Shown in pieces: positions 38,234 to 48,156 of a stretch of DNA of 64,000 bases. Source of the DNA: a bacterium (lineage in GTDB: Bacteria > Cyanobacteriota > Sericytochromatia > S15B-MN24 > VGJW01). The notes beneath the pieces are model-generated. The model saw only the letters and a list, made by a program, of their open reading frames with translations. It did no database searches and had not been told where the DNA came from. The stretch spans positions 7,392-71,391 of the forward strand of contig JAJXWQ010000001.1 in assembly GCA_021781555.1 (NCBI GenBank). The letters are read 5' to 3'. How positions within the stretch are numbered: the first letter of the stretch is position 1; every line of letters starts with the position of its first letter. Both the position numbers and the translations under genes were made by a program.

Positions 38234-39151
38234 CTATCCGTGCTCCCAGAATCGCCACCACGGCCGGCGGCGGCGGGCATCGGCCTGGATGGCGTCCACC
38301 AGCGTTTCGAGCAACCCCTCCTCGTCCCGAGTCGGGGCCTCCTCGCGGGTGGCCACCGCGGCTTCGAGCTCGAGCATGCGCCATTGCAACCCGCGGATCT
38401 GCTCGTTCTCGTGCGATCGGGCCCGGGCTGCCAGTTCCTCGGCAAGGTCTTGTAGCTTTTCGCGCAAAGTTGCAATCACCGACTCCTCGCCGTCAGAATC
38501 GGACTTTGCCTTGATCTCGGCCTCCAGCACGGACAGCCGTCCTTGCACGGCCTCGATCTCGGCCTCGAGTTCGGCGCTGACCGCCTCCTGGTTCGCGGCA
38601 TCCAGGCCCGCGTCCTCGGCAGCGGGGCCGTCCTTGCGGTCCTGGACCTCGGCAGCCAGGGCCTCCACGTACGCCTGGAGCTCGCGCAGCTCTTGACCCT
38701 GCTGGCTCTCGATGGCGGCCAGCTGCAGGGCCAGCTGGGCGACCCTCGGATCGGGCTCCTTGGGGGCCTCGAGCAAGAGCCGGACCTGCTCGTGGGCCAG
38801 CGCCATCCGCTGGCTATCGCCCAGGAGCTGGTTGAGCAGCGTTTGCTGCGCCTTGACCACCCGCTCGAGCTCATCCTGGCGGGCCACCAGGGCCGCGATA
38901 ACGTCCTCGACGGCCGGCCTGGCCTCATCGAGCGCGTTCTGGGTGAGGGTAAGCTGCTGACGAATATCCTCTATGGGGACATTCTGCTCCCGAAAGGAGC
39001 GAATGATCCGCAGATTCTCGAGGTCGCGTTCGGTGAGGAGTCGCTGGCCGCCCTTCGTCCGTGCGAAGCGCAGATCGAACTGCTTTTCGTAGTGCCGGAC
39101 GGAAGACGCCGAGATTCCCAACCGCGCGGCAGCTTCAGCCACCGTGAGCAT
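38234..39151 (-). CDS. MerR-family transcriptional regulator with about 230-aa coiled-coil C-terminal extension
   Basis: N-terminal MerR HTH (MLTVAEAAARLGISASSVRHYEKQFDL), then a long heptad/EA-rich helix. Start set at an internal ATG; the ORF is open to 39385. Confidence 0.7.
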   Translation of the reverse strand: MLTVAEAAARLGISASSVRHYEKQFDLRFARTKGGQRLLTERDLENLRIIRSFREQNVPIEDIRQQLTLTQNALDEARPAVEDVIAALVARQDELERVVKAQQTLLNQLLGDSQRMALAHEQVRLLLEAPKEPDPRVAQLALQLAAIESQQGQELRELQAYVEALAAEVQDRKDGPAAEDAGLDAANQEAVSAELEAEIEAVQGRLSVLEAEIKAKSDSDGEESVIATLREKLQDLAEELAARARSHENEQIRGLQWRMLELEAAVATREEAPTRDEEGLLETLVDAIQADARRRRPWWRFWEHG

Positions 39152-39261
39152 ATCCAAAATGCTAGCACAGAGGCGAAGCGCCCGCGCAGAGAGACCCGTG
39201 CAAACCGAGAACCGTACAAAGCTTTCGCCCGCTCCCTCACGGGTGCTACGATCCCGTCCAG

Positions 39262-40158
39262 ATGCGCCTGATCCTCGATCCCCCGGCCTCTGGCCGGGTG
39301 AACATGGCCCTCGACGAAGCGTTGCTCGAGTCCGTCGCCCGGGGGCTCGTGCCACCGACCCTGCGCCTGTATAGCTTCGATCCACCGGCGCTCACCCTGG
39401 GGCGCGCCCAGCCCCTGGCGGACGTTGCGCTCGCGGCCTGCGCGGATGCCGGCGTCGACGTCGTGCGCCGACCGACCGGCGGCCGGGCCGTCCTTCACGA
39501 TCGCGACCTGACTTACTGCGTGGTCCTGCCGATCGCGCCTGACGAGACGATCGGGGACTCGTATGGCCGCCTGTCGCAAGCCATCGCCCGGGCCCTGTCG
39601 AGTCTCGGGATGCCCGCAGCGATCGTTCCGGGTTCCCTCGATCGGACCCGGAGCCAGGCGACCCACCGGCAGCCCACGGCCGCGCGGCGCCCGGGCGAAA
39701 CGCGGGAGCGACCGGCAAACTGTTTCGCGGTCTCGACCGTCGCCGATCTCGTGGTGGACGGGCGCAAGATCGTGGGCTCGGCCCAGGTCCGCCGGCACGG
39801 GTTCTTGCTGCAGCATGGCTCGATCCGCCTGGCGCCGGGTGTCGTCCCGATCGAAGGCCTGCTGTCCGGCCGGCCGCCAGGCCGGGCCACGAGCGGAGCA
39901 CCGCGGTCGGTCCCGGATCCGAGCGCTGGTCCGGGGTTCTGCGCAAGACCCGAAGGCCTCGCGCTCGGATCCCGGCAGCCCCTTTCGATCGCCGAGGCCC
40001 TCGGCCTGCGCGACCCGGATGAGGAATGGCTCGCGGCGACCCGCGCCAGCCTGTCTCGAGCCATCGTTGCCGCACTGGAGGTCGCCTGGATTCCGGCCCG
40101 ATGGACGGACCCCGAGCGCAACCTCGCCCGGGTGCTGGCCTCCCGCGCCACCCCTTGA
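39262..40158 (+). CDS. lipoate-protein ligase / octanoyltransferase family protein (LipM/LplJ-like BPL_LPL catalytic domain)
   Basis: N-terminal NMALDEALLE motif as in LipM/LplJ; catalytic lysine context DGRKIVGSAQVRR; low-complexity insertion. Confidence 0.7.
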   Translation: MRLILDPPASGRVNMALDEALLESVARGLVPPTLRLYSFDPPALTLGRAQPLADVALAACADAGVDVVRRPTGGRAVLHDRDLTYCVVLPIAPDETIGDSYGRLSQAIARALSSLGMPAAIVPGSLDRTRSQATHRQPTAARRPGETRERPANCFAVSTVADLVVDGRKIVGSAQVRRHGFLLQHGSIRLAPGVVPIEGLLSGRPPGRATSGAPRSVPDPSAGPGFCARPEGLALGSRQPLSIAEALGLRDPDEEWLAATRASLSRAIVAALEVAWIPARWTDPERNLARVLASRATP

Positions 40159-40190
40159 TCGCTCGCACGAGGCGCCGCCAGGGGCGGTGG

Positions 40191-40247
40191 GATCCGTTTG
40201 AAGCTGGAACGGTTCCCTCTGCGCGGTCGCTGCGCTGCGCAACCGTT
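40191..40247 (-). repeat. partial copy of the palindromic repeat element (loop and right arm), reverse orientation
   Basis: CTGCGCGGTCGCTGCGCTGCGCAACCG matches the family loop; it lies between convergent genes and abuts the tonB-like stop. Confidence 0.65.
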
Positions 40248-41039
40248 CTAGCGCAGGACGAAGCGCATCTTGACCTCGCCCATCTGGACGACCGGCGGCT
40301 GGCCGGGCGGCAGCGGGCTGAAGCGCCAGCGCGAGAAGGCCCGGGCGGCGGCCGCATCCACGTCGGGGTCGCCCGACGACTGCAAGATCTGGACTCCTGC
40401 CACCCGTCCATCGGGACCGACGCGCAGGGCAGCCGTGACAGTCCCGCGCCAGCCAACCGCATGCCGCCCCTCGGCCGAACGCGGAAAATCTGCCCGCATC
40501 AGGCTCAAGATCGCCCGTCCGGCGAGATCGCCCGAAGCCCCGCTGCCGACCGACACGGCGCCGCCAGAGACCGGCGCCGTGGCCTTGCCGGTGCCGGCCG
40601 CGGCCCCCTGCGGCGACCCGGCGGCGCTGGCCGCCTCGGCCAGCTGGCGGTCCATGCGCTCTTGGCGAGCCTCCTCGGCCGCCAGGCGCTGGGCGTTCGG
40701 CTGCGGCGGGGTCTCGACATGGGGCGCCACCGGCCGGCGCTCCCGGGGCACGCGAGCAACGTGGCGCTCCAACGGACGCGGCTCGGCCACGGCCTTGGGC
40801 CGGTAGATCCGGCGGGCATGTGCATGCACCAGGGACTTGGGAGCCGGGCGATCGTGGCCGATTGCGCGATCGCCGGCAGGTCCCCCGAGGTCGATCGTCG
40901 TCAACTCGATCGGGATCACGCGCGGCGCCTCTGGCCTGTGCAGCGGCAGGAGCCAGAGGATCATCGCCAGGATCCAGACGTGAATCGCGATCGACGTGGC
41001 CCAGGCCTCGCGTTCCATGCGCGTGGCCGACGCTGGCAT
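40248..41039 (-). CDS. TonB C-terminal domain (energy transducer TonB family) protein
   Basis: N-terminal TM (IAIHVWILAMILWLL), Pro/Ala-rich spacer, TonB_C motif (GTVTAALRVGPDGRVAGVQILQSSGDPDVDAAAARAFSRWRFSP). Confidence 0.75.
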   Translation of the reverse strand: MPASATRMEREAWATSIAIHVWILAMILWLLPLHRPEAPRVIPIELTTIDLGGPAGDRAIGHDRPAPKSLVHAHARRIYRPKAVAEPRPLERHVARVPRERRPVAPHVETPPQPNAQRLAAEEARQERMDRQLAEAASAAGSPQGAAAGTGKATAPVSGGAVSVGSGASGDLAGRAILSLMRADFPRSAEGRHAVGWRGTVTAALRVGPDGRVAGVQILQSSGDPDVDAAAARAFSRWRFSPLPPGQPPVVQMGEVKMRFVLR

Positions 41040-42835
41040 CAGAACGTCACCTCGAGACCACCCGAGACCAGGGCCGGGGTGGCGAAGTAGCCCGGGGCGG
41101 GCTCCTGCAAGGCGAGCACGTGCCAGTCGTTGCCCGAACAGTAGAGCTTCCAGCCCGGGGCGATCTCGTAGCCTACATCCCAGCTGGCCAGCCAGGCCAT
41201 GCCCGCGGCCGAACCGCCGGGCGCCTGAGTCGGGCCCAGCTGGGCGTACTCCAGCGAGGTACCCACCGAGGCCGTGAGCTTACCGCCCAGCCAGGAGCTC
41301 TCGTGCCGGGTGCCGATGGATTCGAGGATCTGACCCAATGCGGTGGCATCCTGGACCTTGATGTCGAAATGCTGGACGAAGCCATCGCCGAAGAGGTACT
41401 GGGCTCCGGCCCGCACCTGGTAGACCCCCTGCCAGCTCGCGAAGTTCCTGGGCTGCCACAAACCCTGGCCCGCCTGGCCGTAGTAGATGAAATCGAGGAC
41501 ATCGCCGTAGCGGAACGAAGCATCGCCATAAAGCTTGTCGCTGAACCTGTGACCCGCGCCGATCTCGGCCTCCGGCTGGGTACGCTCGGGCCGCAAGCTG
41601 CCGTTGCCCTCGACCTGGAGGCGATCGAGGTAAAGCCTGGAGAAGCCTGGCAGATCCGTGGTGGTGCGGGCAGCCAGCCAGAGTTTCGTCGGTGATTCCC
41701 GCAGCAGGCCCCCGGCGTGGAGTCCAGCTCCCCCGCCCGGCAAGAAGCTGACCTTGACTGCGGGGTCCAGATAGCCGACCTGCCCGAGGGTGGTCGCAGC
41801 CAGACCGTAATCGAGTCGCCACCGTGGATCCAGGCTCCACGTATCCTGCGCCCCGATTTCGGCATGCGGCGCAGACCAGCCTGGGGTGCCGGTTTCGGAC
41901 GTCCCCTGCTGGCCGACCAGGAGATCGAGCTTCAGCGCGTGGGCTCGCCATGCGAGCTTGGGGGCATAAGAGGCGTCCACCGCCAGGTCGTAGAGCCAGG
42001 TCTCGTCCGAAGAGCTCAAGGCGGGGCCGCCCTGCACATCGGCCCGGATGTCGCCAACCTGGACGTGGCCCAGATCGACGCCAAGGCCCAGAGACAGCCG
42101 ATGGCGATCCCACCGGGCCCGTGCGCTGCCGCCCTCCTGGAGCGTGGCCTGCGTGCCGGGTGTTTCCTGATCCCTCCGGTAGGACAGGTCTGCCCAGTTG
42201 GTCGGCCCCCACGACAAGCGCTCGTTCGCCTTCACCACGGACCATCGGTCGAGGCCGTTGGCAAAGGCTCGGAGGTCGGTCAAGGAGAGCGCCGACCCGA
42301 TCACGCGTCCGTGGGCAAAACCGAAGTCATAGCGCAGCATCCCCGGCTCCGGCACGCCCCCGAGATCGCCCCAGATCGCCGTGTATGGCTCGCGATCGGC
42401 AGCCGCCGGGATATGCGCTGGCGGGCCGGGCGGCGCCGGCACGGCCAGCTGCATGTGAGCGAGGAAATCATTGGTGGCCCGGGCCAGAGCCGGGGGAGGC
42501 AAGGCCATCAGCTCGGCATCCGTCCCCGGGGTCAGCTTGCTCCCCCGGCGCGCCTCGGGATGCTGCTGGTGCCCGATCACCGTGATCGCGGGAAGCTCGA
42601 CCGGGAGTTTCTCGGCCGGCAGCAGGCCGAGGCTCGTCGGGTCGGTGGCCGGCAGCACCAGCGTCCCCGGACGAGTCGAGCCAGAAGCCGAGGATGTGGC
42701 CGCGGGGCTCGTCGTAAGGGCGCCTGGCAACGCGGTGCTTGCCAGCGGCCGAGCCAGTGCGGGGGAAGCCATGACGCCCAGGAGCACCGGCAGTATCACC
42801 GCCAGGGTGCTGTCGAGACGACCCGGTCCGGTCAT
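41039..42835 (-). CDS. predicted outer-membrane beta-barrel protein (hypothetical)
   Basis: Signal peptide (MTGPGRLDSTLAVILPVLLGVMASPALA); alternating amphipathic beta-strand pattern; C-terminal aromatic residue (…GGLEVTF). Stop overlaps the tonB-like start. ORF is open (GTG) to 42970. Confidence 0.55.
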   Translation of the reverse strand: MTGPGRLDSTLAVILPVLLGVMASPALARPLASTALPGALTTSPAATSSASGSTRPGTLVLPATDPTSLGLLPAEKLPVELPAITVIGHQQHPEARRGSKLTPGTDAELMALPPPALARATNDFLAHMQLAVPAPPGPPAHIPAAADREPYTAIWGDLGGVPEPGMLRYDFGFAHGRVIGSALSLTDLRAFANGLDRWSVVKANERLSWGPTNWADLSYRRDQETPGTQATLQEGGSARARWDRHRLSLGLGVDLGHVQVGDIRADVQGGPALSSSDETWLYDLAVDASYAPKLAWRAHALKLDLLVGQQGTSETGTPGWSAPHAEIGAQDTWSLDPRWRLDYGLAATTLGQVGYLDPAVKVSFLPGGGAGLHAGGLLRESPTKLWLAARTTTDLPGFSRLYLDRLQVEGNGSLRPERTQPEAEIGAGHRFSDKLYGDASFRYGDVLDFIYYGQAGQGLWQPRNFASWQGVYQVRAGAQYLFGDGFVQHFDIKVQDATALGQILESIGTRHESSWLGGKLTASVGTSLEYAQLGPTQAPGGSAAGMAWLASWDVGYEIAPGWKLYCSGNDWHVLALQEPAPGYFATPALVSGGLEVTF

Positions 42836-45800
42836 TGGCGCTCTCTCAACAGGCTGGCGGGGACGTTTTGCTGGATGAACGCCAGGCGTGCCTCGGCCTC
42901 GCCCCGATCGCGATCGGCGACCAGAGGATCGTGCGTCATCCGTTGATAGACGGCGCGAGCCTCGGCCCACTGATGCAGGTGCTCGTGCGCCTCGCCCGCC
43001 TCGAGGAGCGCAAGCGAGCGCCAGCTCTTCCAGGCCGAAGCCACCTCCGGATCAACCGGTGGCCGGGCGTAGATGAGCTTGGCAAGCACCGCGAGAGCCT
43101 TGCGTGGCTGCCCGGCCTCGACCAGTGCGGAGCCCAGCCAGTACCGCGATTTGAACTCGAGGGGATCCGCCGGCGACGCCTCGGCCTGGGCCTTACCGAA
43201 AGCGTAGATGGCCTCCGGGATGGAGCCCTTCTTGAAGGCCACGTCGCCATAGGCATACCAGGCCTGGGCCTTGCGCCTCCGCTCTGCGCCCGGAGCTGCC
43301 TCCAGGCGCCCGAGCGTACGGCGGGCTCGCTTGAGTGCGCCCATCTGATCGTAAAGGGCGGCGAGGTCCGTGAGGATCTCGGGCTGACGCGCGCTGGCAG
43401 AAGCGCTGAGGGTCTCGAAGAGGGCGGCGGCGTCGGGAAGCTCGCCCGCCTGCGTCAGCGCCTGTGCGCGCAGGATGAGGGCACCGGTCCCGCCACCTGG
43501 GATCTCGGCATAGGCCGCGGCGGCGCGGCGCCATTCGCGCAGCTTGGCATAGGCGTCGGCCACCTGGCGCAGCATTTCAGGTGCCCAGGCGCTGGCCGAC
43601 GCCTGGTCGGTCAGGACGCTCTCGGCCTGGGCCAGTCCGCCTGAAGCGATGTACGCAGTTACCAGCGGCTTGAGGGCGCCAATCCGAACCTTGGCCGAGG
43701 CCGAAGCATCCGTCGCCACCAGATCGTAGAGGTTGGCGGCACGGCCGTCGTGGCCCCCTGCCGCATAGGCCGTCGCAGCCTCCAGACGCAGGTCGTCCAC
43801 GTCCGAGGCGGTTGCCGGTTCGCTCTGGGCCAGCGTCTGGTACAGGTTTCCGGCCCCGAGGAAATCCCCGAGCTGCATGTCGCAATCAGCCAGGTCTCGC
43901 TGGGCCTGACGGCCCCGGGGCGAGTTTGGATCCTTGGCCACGATCGCGGCGAACTCGTCGGCAGCATCCTTGGCGTCGCCCGTCCGCATCTCGCTGACGG
44001 CCAAAAGGAATCGGGCCTCATCGTCCGGAGCCAGCCCCTTGATGGCGAGGGCCTTCTGGAGCGCCGCTTGAGCTCCGGCGTAGTCCCCGTCGTCCATGTC
44101 CAGCAAGGAAAGGCGGTAGTACGCATCGTGCTCAAGCTTGGGTTCGAGCAGCGCGCCGGCCGCCTGCGCAAATTCCTTGCGCGCCCCCTTGCGATCGCCA
44201 CGCTCCAGCAAGGACCAGGCCAGCCCGTATGCGGCCTCGGGGGCGTACGGGGCCTGATCGCCCCGCTTCAGATAGGTGGCGTAGAGGTTGGCGGCCTCGG
44301 CGTACCGGCCAAGGTCGTAGAGCGCCTCGGCCCGCCAGAAGACCGCCTCGTCGGCAAGCTTGCCGTGCACCTGGCTCAGGGCAGACTCGGCAGAGCGGGC
44401 ATCGCCGGCCCGCAGGTAGGCGATCCCGAGCTTGAAGATGACCGGATTGTCGTTGCCCCCCAGGAAATCCAGCGCCTCGGGATGATGCGCGAGCCGGCCG
44501 TAGTTGGCGATGGCATCTCGGGTATCGCCCGCGCTCAGCTCGGCCTCTGCCAGGACCCAAAGACCGGCGGCTGCGTAGTGCCCGGTAGGGTAATCGCGTT
44601 CGAGTTCGCGGGCCCACTTTTCGGCGGCGTCCATCCGGCGATCGGCCAGCGCCAGCGAGGCCAGCTCGTAAAGGGACTCCTCGGCCCAACGATCCTTGCC
44701 GAGCTCGGTGGCGCTCCGGAAGGAATCCTTTGCATCGGGCTTCTCGTTGCGATCCACCTGGACCCGGCCCAGCGCGAAATAGGTCGCTGCGCGCAAGGTC
44801 CCGTGGGGAAAGGCCCGCAAGGTATCCTGGAGCTGGTCCTCGGCATCCGGGAGGCGGCCCGCCTGCCAGAGCACCCAGCCCAGGCCGTAGGCGGCCTGCT
44901 CGGCCCAGCGGGAATTCCTGGGCACCGCCCGGTAGTGCGCGATGGCCCTCACCCAGTCGCCGTCGTTGGCGGCGCCCTCCGCGGCGACGAAGTCAGCCAA
45001 GGCCGGAAGGTCCATCTGAACAAGTTCCTGGCGATCGGCCAGCGCGGCCGGCCCGAAGTGGAAGGATGCCGTGGCCTGGTTCATACCTGGCATGGCGGCG
45101 ACGGCGCGAATCTGGTCGGCCGCCTCGTCGAAGTGGCCGATGCCGAGGAAATGGTTGGCCAGGTTCAGACGAGCCTCCAGGATGCGGGGGCTGTTCGGGA
45201 AGAGATCGAGGATCTGGGACCAGGCAAAGTAAGCCCGCGCCTGAAGCCCGGCCTTGAGCGCGGACCAGCCTTCCCCGTACCAGGCCGCCTGCTGGATGGC
45301 AGGGTCAGGCTCGTTCTCGAGGAGATGGTACTGGGCCAGCGCATCCTGGTAGCGCCCGCCGGCATAGAGCGCATCCGCCAGCGCCAAATGAGCCCTCTGG
45401 GCGGCCACCCCCGCGAGCGTCGGCACGAGCGCGCGGTAGGCTGCCGCAGCCCGATCGTATCTGCCTTCGGCGATCCAAAGCTGGGCGAGATGCTGTGCGG
45501 CCCTGGGGAACCAGGCCGATTCCTGGGGCACCCGGGAGAAGGCTTCCGCTGCCCCCGCGTAGTCGCCGAGGCGCTCCCTGGCCAGCCCCATCCGGTAGAG
45601 CGCCTGCTCTCGATCGACGCCGTGGAGGTCATCGAGCTCGCTGCGGAGCTCGAGATCGGCCAGCGAGTTGGCGCCAGCCCCGAGCAGCTGGCGCAAGCTC
45701 GCCCCACGCTCGCCCCCGTTTGTGCGCCGGCCAGCCGGCGCACCTAGACTCCAGGAGGAACCGCCACCTGATTCGGCACCCGGGAGCGAATCGGCCAGCG

Positions 45801-45861
45801 CGCCGCTGGCCGTCGTCGCTACCAGCAGGACGACCGCCAAGCTAGCCACCTTGCGGATCAT
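42832..45861 (-). CDS. secreted tetratricopeptide-repeat protein (about 1009 aa, more than 20 TPR units)
   Basis: Signal peptide MIRKVASLAVVLLVATTASGALA; pervasive W/Y-x-G-x-A-Y TPR signatures. ATGA overlap with the downstream OMP gene. Confidence 0.7.
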   Translation of the reverse strand: MIRKVASLAVVLLVATTASGALADSLPGAESGGGSSWSLGAPAGRRTNGGERGASLRQLLGAGANSLADLELRSELDDLHGVDREQALYRMGLARERLGDYAGAAEAFSRVPQESAWFPRAAQHLAQLWIAEGRYDRAAAAYRALVPTLAGVAAQRAHLALADALYAGGRYQDALAQYHLLENEPDPAIQQAAWYGEGWSALKAGLQARAYFAWSQILDLFPNSPRILEARLNLANHFLGIGHFDEAADQIRAVAAMPGMNQATASFHFGPAALADRQELVQMDLPALADFVAAEGAANDGDWVRAIAHYRAVPRNSRWAEQAAYGLGWVLWQAGRLPDAEDQLQDTLRAFPHGTLRAATYFALGRVQVDRNEKPDAKDSFRSATELGKDRWAEESLYELASLALADRRMDAAEKWARELERDYPTGHYAAAGLWVLAEAELSAGDTRDAIANYGRLAHHPEALDFLGGNDNPVIFKLGIAYLRAGDARSAESALSQVHGKLADEAVFWRAEALYDLGRYAEAANLYATYLKRGDQAPYAPEAAYGLAWSLLERGDRKGARKEFAQAAGALLEPKLEHDAYYRLSLLDMDDGDYAGAQAALQKALAIKGLAPDDEARFLLAVSEMRTGDAKDAADEFAAIVAKDPNSPRGRQAQRDLADCDMQLGDFLGAGNLYQTLAQSEPATASDVDDLRLEAATAYAAGGHDGRAANLYDLVATDASASAKVRIGALKPLVTAYIASGGLAQAESVLTDQASASAWAPEMLRQVADAYAKLREWRRAAAAYAEIPGGGTGALILRAQALTQAGELPDAAALFETLSASASARQPEILTDLAALYDQMGALKRARRTLGRLEAAPGAERRRKAQAWYAYGDVAFKKGSIPEAIYAFGKAQAEASPADPLEFKSRYWLGSALVEAGQPRKALAVLAKLIYARPPVDPEVASAWKSWRSLALLEAGEAHEHLHQWAEARAVYQRMTHDPLVADRDRGEAEARLAFIQQNVPASLLRERQ

Positions 45862-46000
45862 GGGGCCATTGTAGGCCGCGCACCCGACCCTAGCAAGCCG
45901 CTCCGTACCCTTGCCTCGGCTTTCCGTTCCAGCCTCCGGGCCTTGCCCGCGGGAGCGTGCCACCGCCTCTTCGGTCCTCCCTCCCGCCCTTCCACGGCCG

Positions 46001-46026
46001 CAGCCCCCGGGTGAACCCGGGGGCTG
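46001..46026 (-). terminator. GC-rich hairpin downstream of rplL (candidate terminator, no U-tract)
   Basis: CAGCCCCCGGG-TGAA-CCCGGGGGCTG forms a perfect 11-bp stem 45 bp after the rplL stop. Confidence 0.4.
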
Positions 46027-46069
46027 GCAGGCCGAAAGAAAGTGCGGTAGCGGAATCGCAGAGAACCGA

Positions 46070-46459
46070 CTACTTGACCTCGACGGTCGCGCCCTCGGCC
46101 TTGAGCTTCTCGGCGATCTGCTGGGCCTCTTCCTTCTTGATCTTCTCCTTGACGGGCTTGGGCGGGTTGTCGACCAGGTCCTTGGCTTCCTTCAAGCCAA
46201 GGCCGGTTAGCTCGCGGACGACCTTGAGCACCTGGATCTTCTTCTCGCCAGCATTCGTGAGGATGACGTCGAACTCGGTCTTCTCTTCCTCGGCGGCAGC
46301 AGCCGGAGCGCCGGCCATACCGACGGCTCCCATGGCCATGACCGGCGCAGCTGCGCTGACGCCGAACTTGTCTTCCATCATCTTGACCAGGTCGGCAACC
46401 TCGAGGAGGCTCATCGAACCGATCGCGTCGACGATCTCGTCCTTGGTAAGGGTAGGCAT
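46070..46459 (-). CDS. rplL: 50S ribosomal protein L7/L12
   Basis: 129 aa; Ala-rich hinge; C-terminal domain ([36 protein letters not shown]). Confidence 0.95.
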   Translation of the reverse strand: MPTLTKDEIVDAIGSMSLLEVADLVKMMEDKFGVSAAAPVMAMGAVGMAGAPAAAAEEEKTEFDVILTNAGEKKIQVLKVVRELTGLGLKEAKDLVDNPPKPVKEKIKKEEAQQIAEKLKAEGATVEVK

Positions 46460-46527
46460 TTGGAAATACTCCTATTTCAAGCGGATGTTCTTGGTCTGGG
46501 GTAGGCTGCGGCGTCAGGCCGCAGCAC

Positions 46528-47067
46528 CTAGGCGCCCTGCTGCTCGAGCTGCTTGCGGCGAGCCTCGAGTGCGTAGACGAGCTTGCGCGCCACGCCGGCG
46601 GTCGCCATGACCATCCCCTGTGCGGGGGCGTTCATGGAACCCATCAGCTTGGCAAGCAGCTGCTCTCGGCTCGGCAAGTTGGCCAGGCTCTTGACCCCGG
46701 CCTCATCGAGTGCCTTGCCCTGCAAGACGCCGCCACGGATCCCGATGACAACCTTGCGCTTCTCCTTGGCGAAGTCCGAAAGAATCTTGGCCGGGGAGAC
46801 GGGGTCGTCATAACCGATGGCCAGCGCAGTCGGCCCCGCGAGGTACGGGGCGATCGCCTGCCACTGCGGATCGTCCTTGGTGGCCAGGTTGATGAGCGTG
46901 TTCTTGGCGACCGTGAAATCGCCGCCAGCCTTCTGCAAGCGCCGGCGAAGATCCGTGATCTCCTTGACGGTAAGGCCCCGGTAGTCGGCGACGACCGCGA
47001 CCTTGGCGCGTTCGAACCGCTGCTTGAGCGAGTCGAGCGTTTCGTGCTTTTGTTGTTTTGTTGGCAT
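46528..47067 (-). CDS. rplJ: 50S ribosomal protein L10
   Basis: 179 aa; typical L10 sequence and position upstream of rplL. Confidence 0.93.
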   Translation of the reverse strand: MPTKQQKHETLDSLKQRFERAKVAVVADYRGLTVKEITDLRRRLQKAGGDFTVAKNTLINLATKDDPQWQAIAPYLAGPTALAIGYDDPVSPAKILSDFAKEKRKVVIGIRGGVLQGKALDEAGVKSLANLPSREQLLAKLMGSMNAPAQGMVMATAGVARKLVYALEARRKQLEQQGA

Positions 47068-47318
47068 GTCAGTTCACCTCCTTTCGCCCTGGGAATCGGG
47101 CGAAAAAGAAAATCGCCCGGGACACGCCACGGGCTGCGGGCCCTGGCGCGATCCCGAGCGAGACAAGCCGCTTGAGAATCCGCTTCGATGGCCGCAACCT
47201 CGGCAGGCCGGGCGAAAAACCCATTTGGCGCCTTGCGGCGACCTGCTGTCTTCGGTAGCGTGATAGCCCTCGAGAGGGCCGTGTTGATTATAAACCGGGA
47301 ACGACCTGGCGGCCAGGG
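47068..47318 (-). promoter_or_regulatory. rplJ leader region (expected L10(L12)4 autoregulatory leader)
   Basis: 250-nt untranslated spacer between rplA and rplJ, as in other bacteria; the structure itself is not recognised by eye. Confidence 0.35.
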
Positions 47319-48032
47319 CTACTCCGACGCGGAGGCAACCCCGGCCAGCTTGGACGGGTCGATGCGGAAACTATCGCCCATCGTGGAGGTCAGGTAGACG
47401 CTCTTGACGTAGGTCCCCTTGGCAGCGACCGGCTTGGCCTTGTTGATAGCGTCGACCAGGGCCCCGAAATTCTCACCGAGCTGCTCGGGGGTGAAGGACG
47501 CCTTGCCGATGGGCACGTGCACGATACCCTGCTTGTCGGCCCGGAACTCGACCTTGCCGGCCTTGAATTCCTTGACCGCCCGGGCGACCTCGAAGGTGAC
47601 GGTGCCGGCCTTGGGGCTCGGCATCAGGCCCCGGGGGCCCAGAACCTTACCGACCTTACCCAGGGCGCCCATGACATCGGGAGTGGCGACCAGGATGTCG
47701 AAGTCCATCCAGCCTTCCTGGATCCGGGGAATGAGCTCTTCGGACCCCACGACGTCGGCCCCTGATTGCTCGGCCTCCTTGAGCTTGTCGCCCTTGGTGA
47801 TCACGGCCACCCGGACGGTCTTGCCCGTACCGGCCGGCAGAGCGACGGTGGAACGCACCTGCTGGTCGGCGTGCTTGACGTTGATGCCGAGACGGAAGTG
47901 AACTTCGATCGTCTCGTCGAACTTGGCCGTAGCGTACTTCTTGGTCAGGGCGAGGGCTTCGATCGGACCGAAAGTCTTGGTCAGGTCGACGTCCTCGCGG
48001 ACCTTCTTCTGCCGCTTGCTAAACTTTGCCAT
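47319..48032 (-). CDS. rplA: 50S ribosomal protein L1
   Basis: Internal ATG ([10 protein letters not shown]…); conserved L1 sequence. Confidence 0.93.
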   Translation of the reverse strand: MAKFSKRQKKVREDVDLTKTFGPIEALALTKKYATAKFDETIEVHFRLGINVKHADQQVRSTVALPAGTGKTVRVAVITKGDKLKEAEQSGADVVGSEELIPRIQEGWMDFDILVATPDVMGALGKVGKVLGPRGLMPSPKAGTVTFEVARAVKEFKAGKVEFRADKQGIVHVPIGKASFTPEQLGENFGALVDAINKAKPVAAKGTYVKSVYLTSTMGDSFRIDPSKLAGVASASE

Positions 48033-48156
48033 CGTAAATCTCCTGTGGTAGATAGCGGCCCCGGCAACCGATCCCGGACCTCGTCCGGGACCAGAGCTTA
48101 CGAGCCTTCCACTGAACGCGGACGCCGGCATGGCGGTCCGCAGCGTTGACCTCGGG

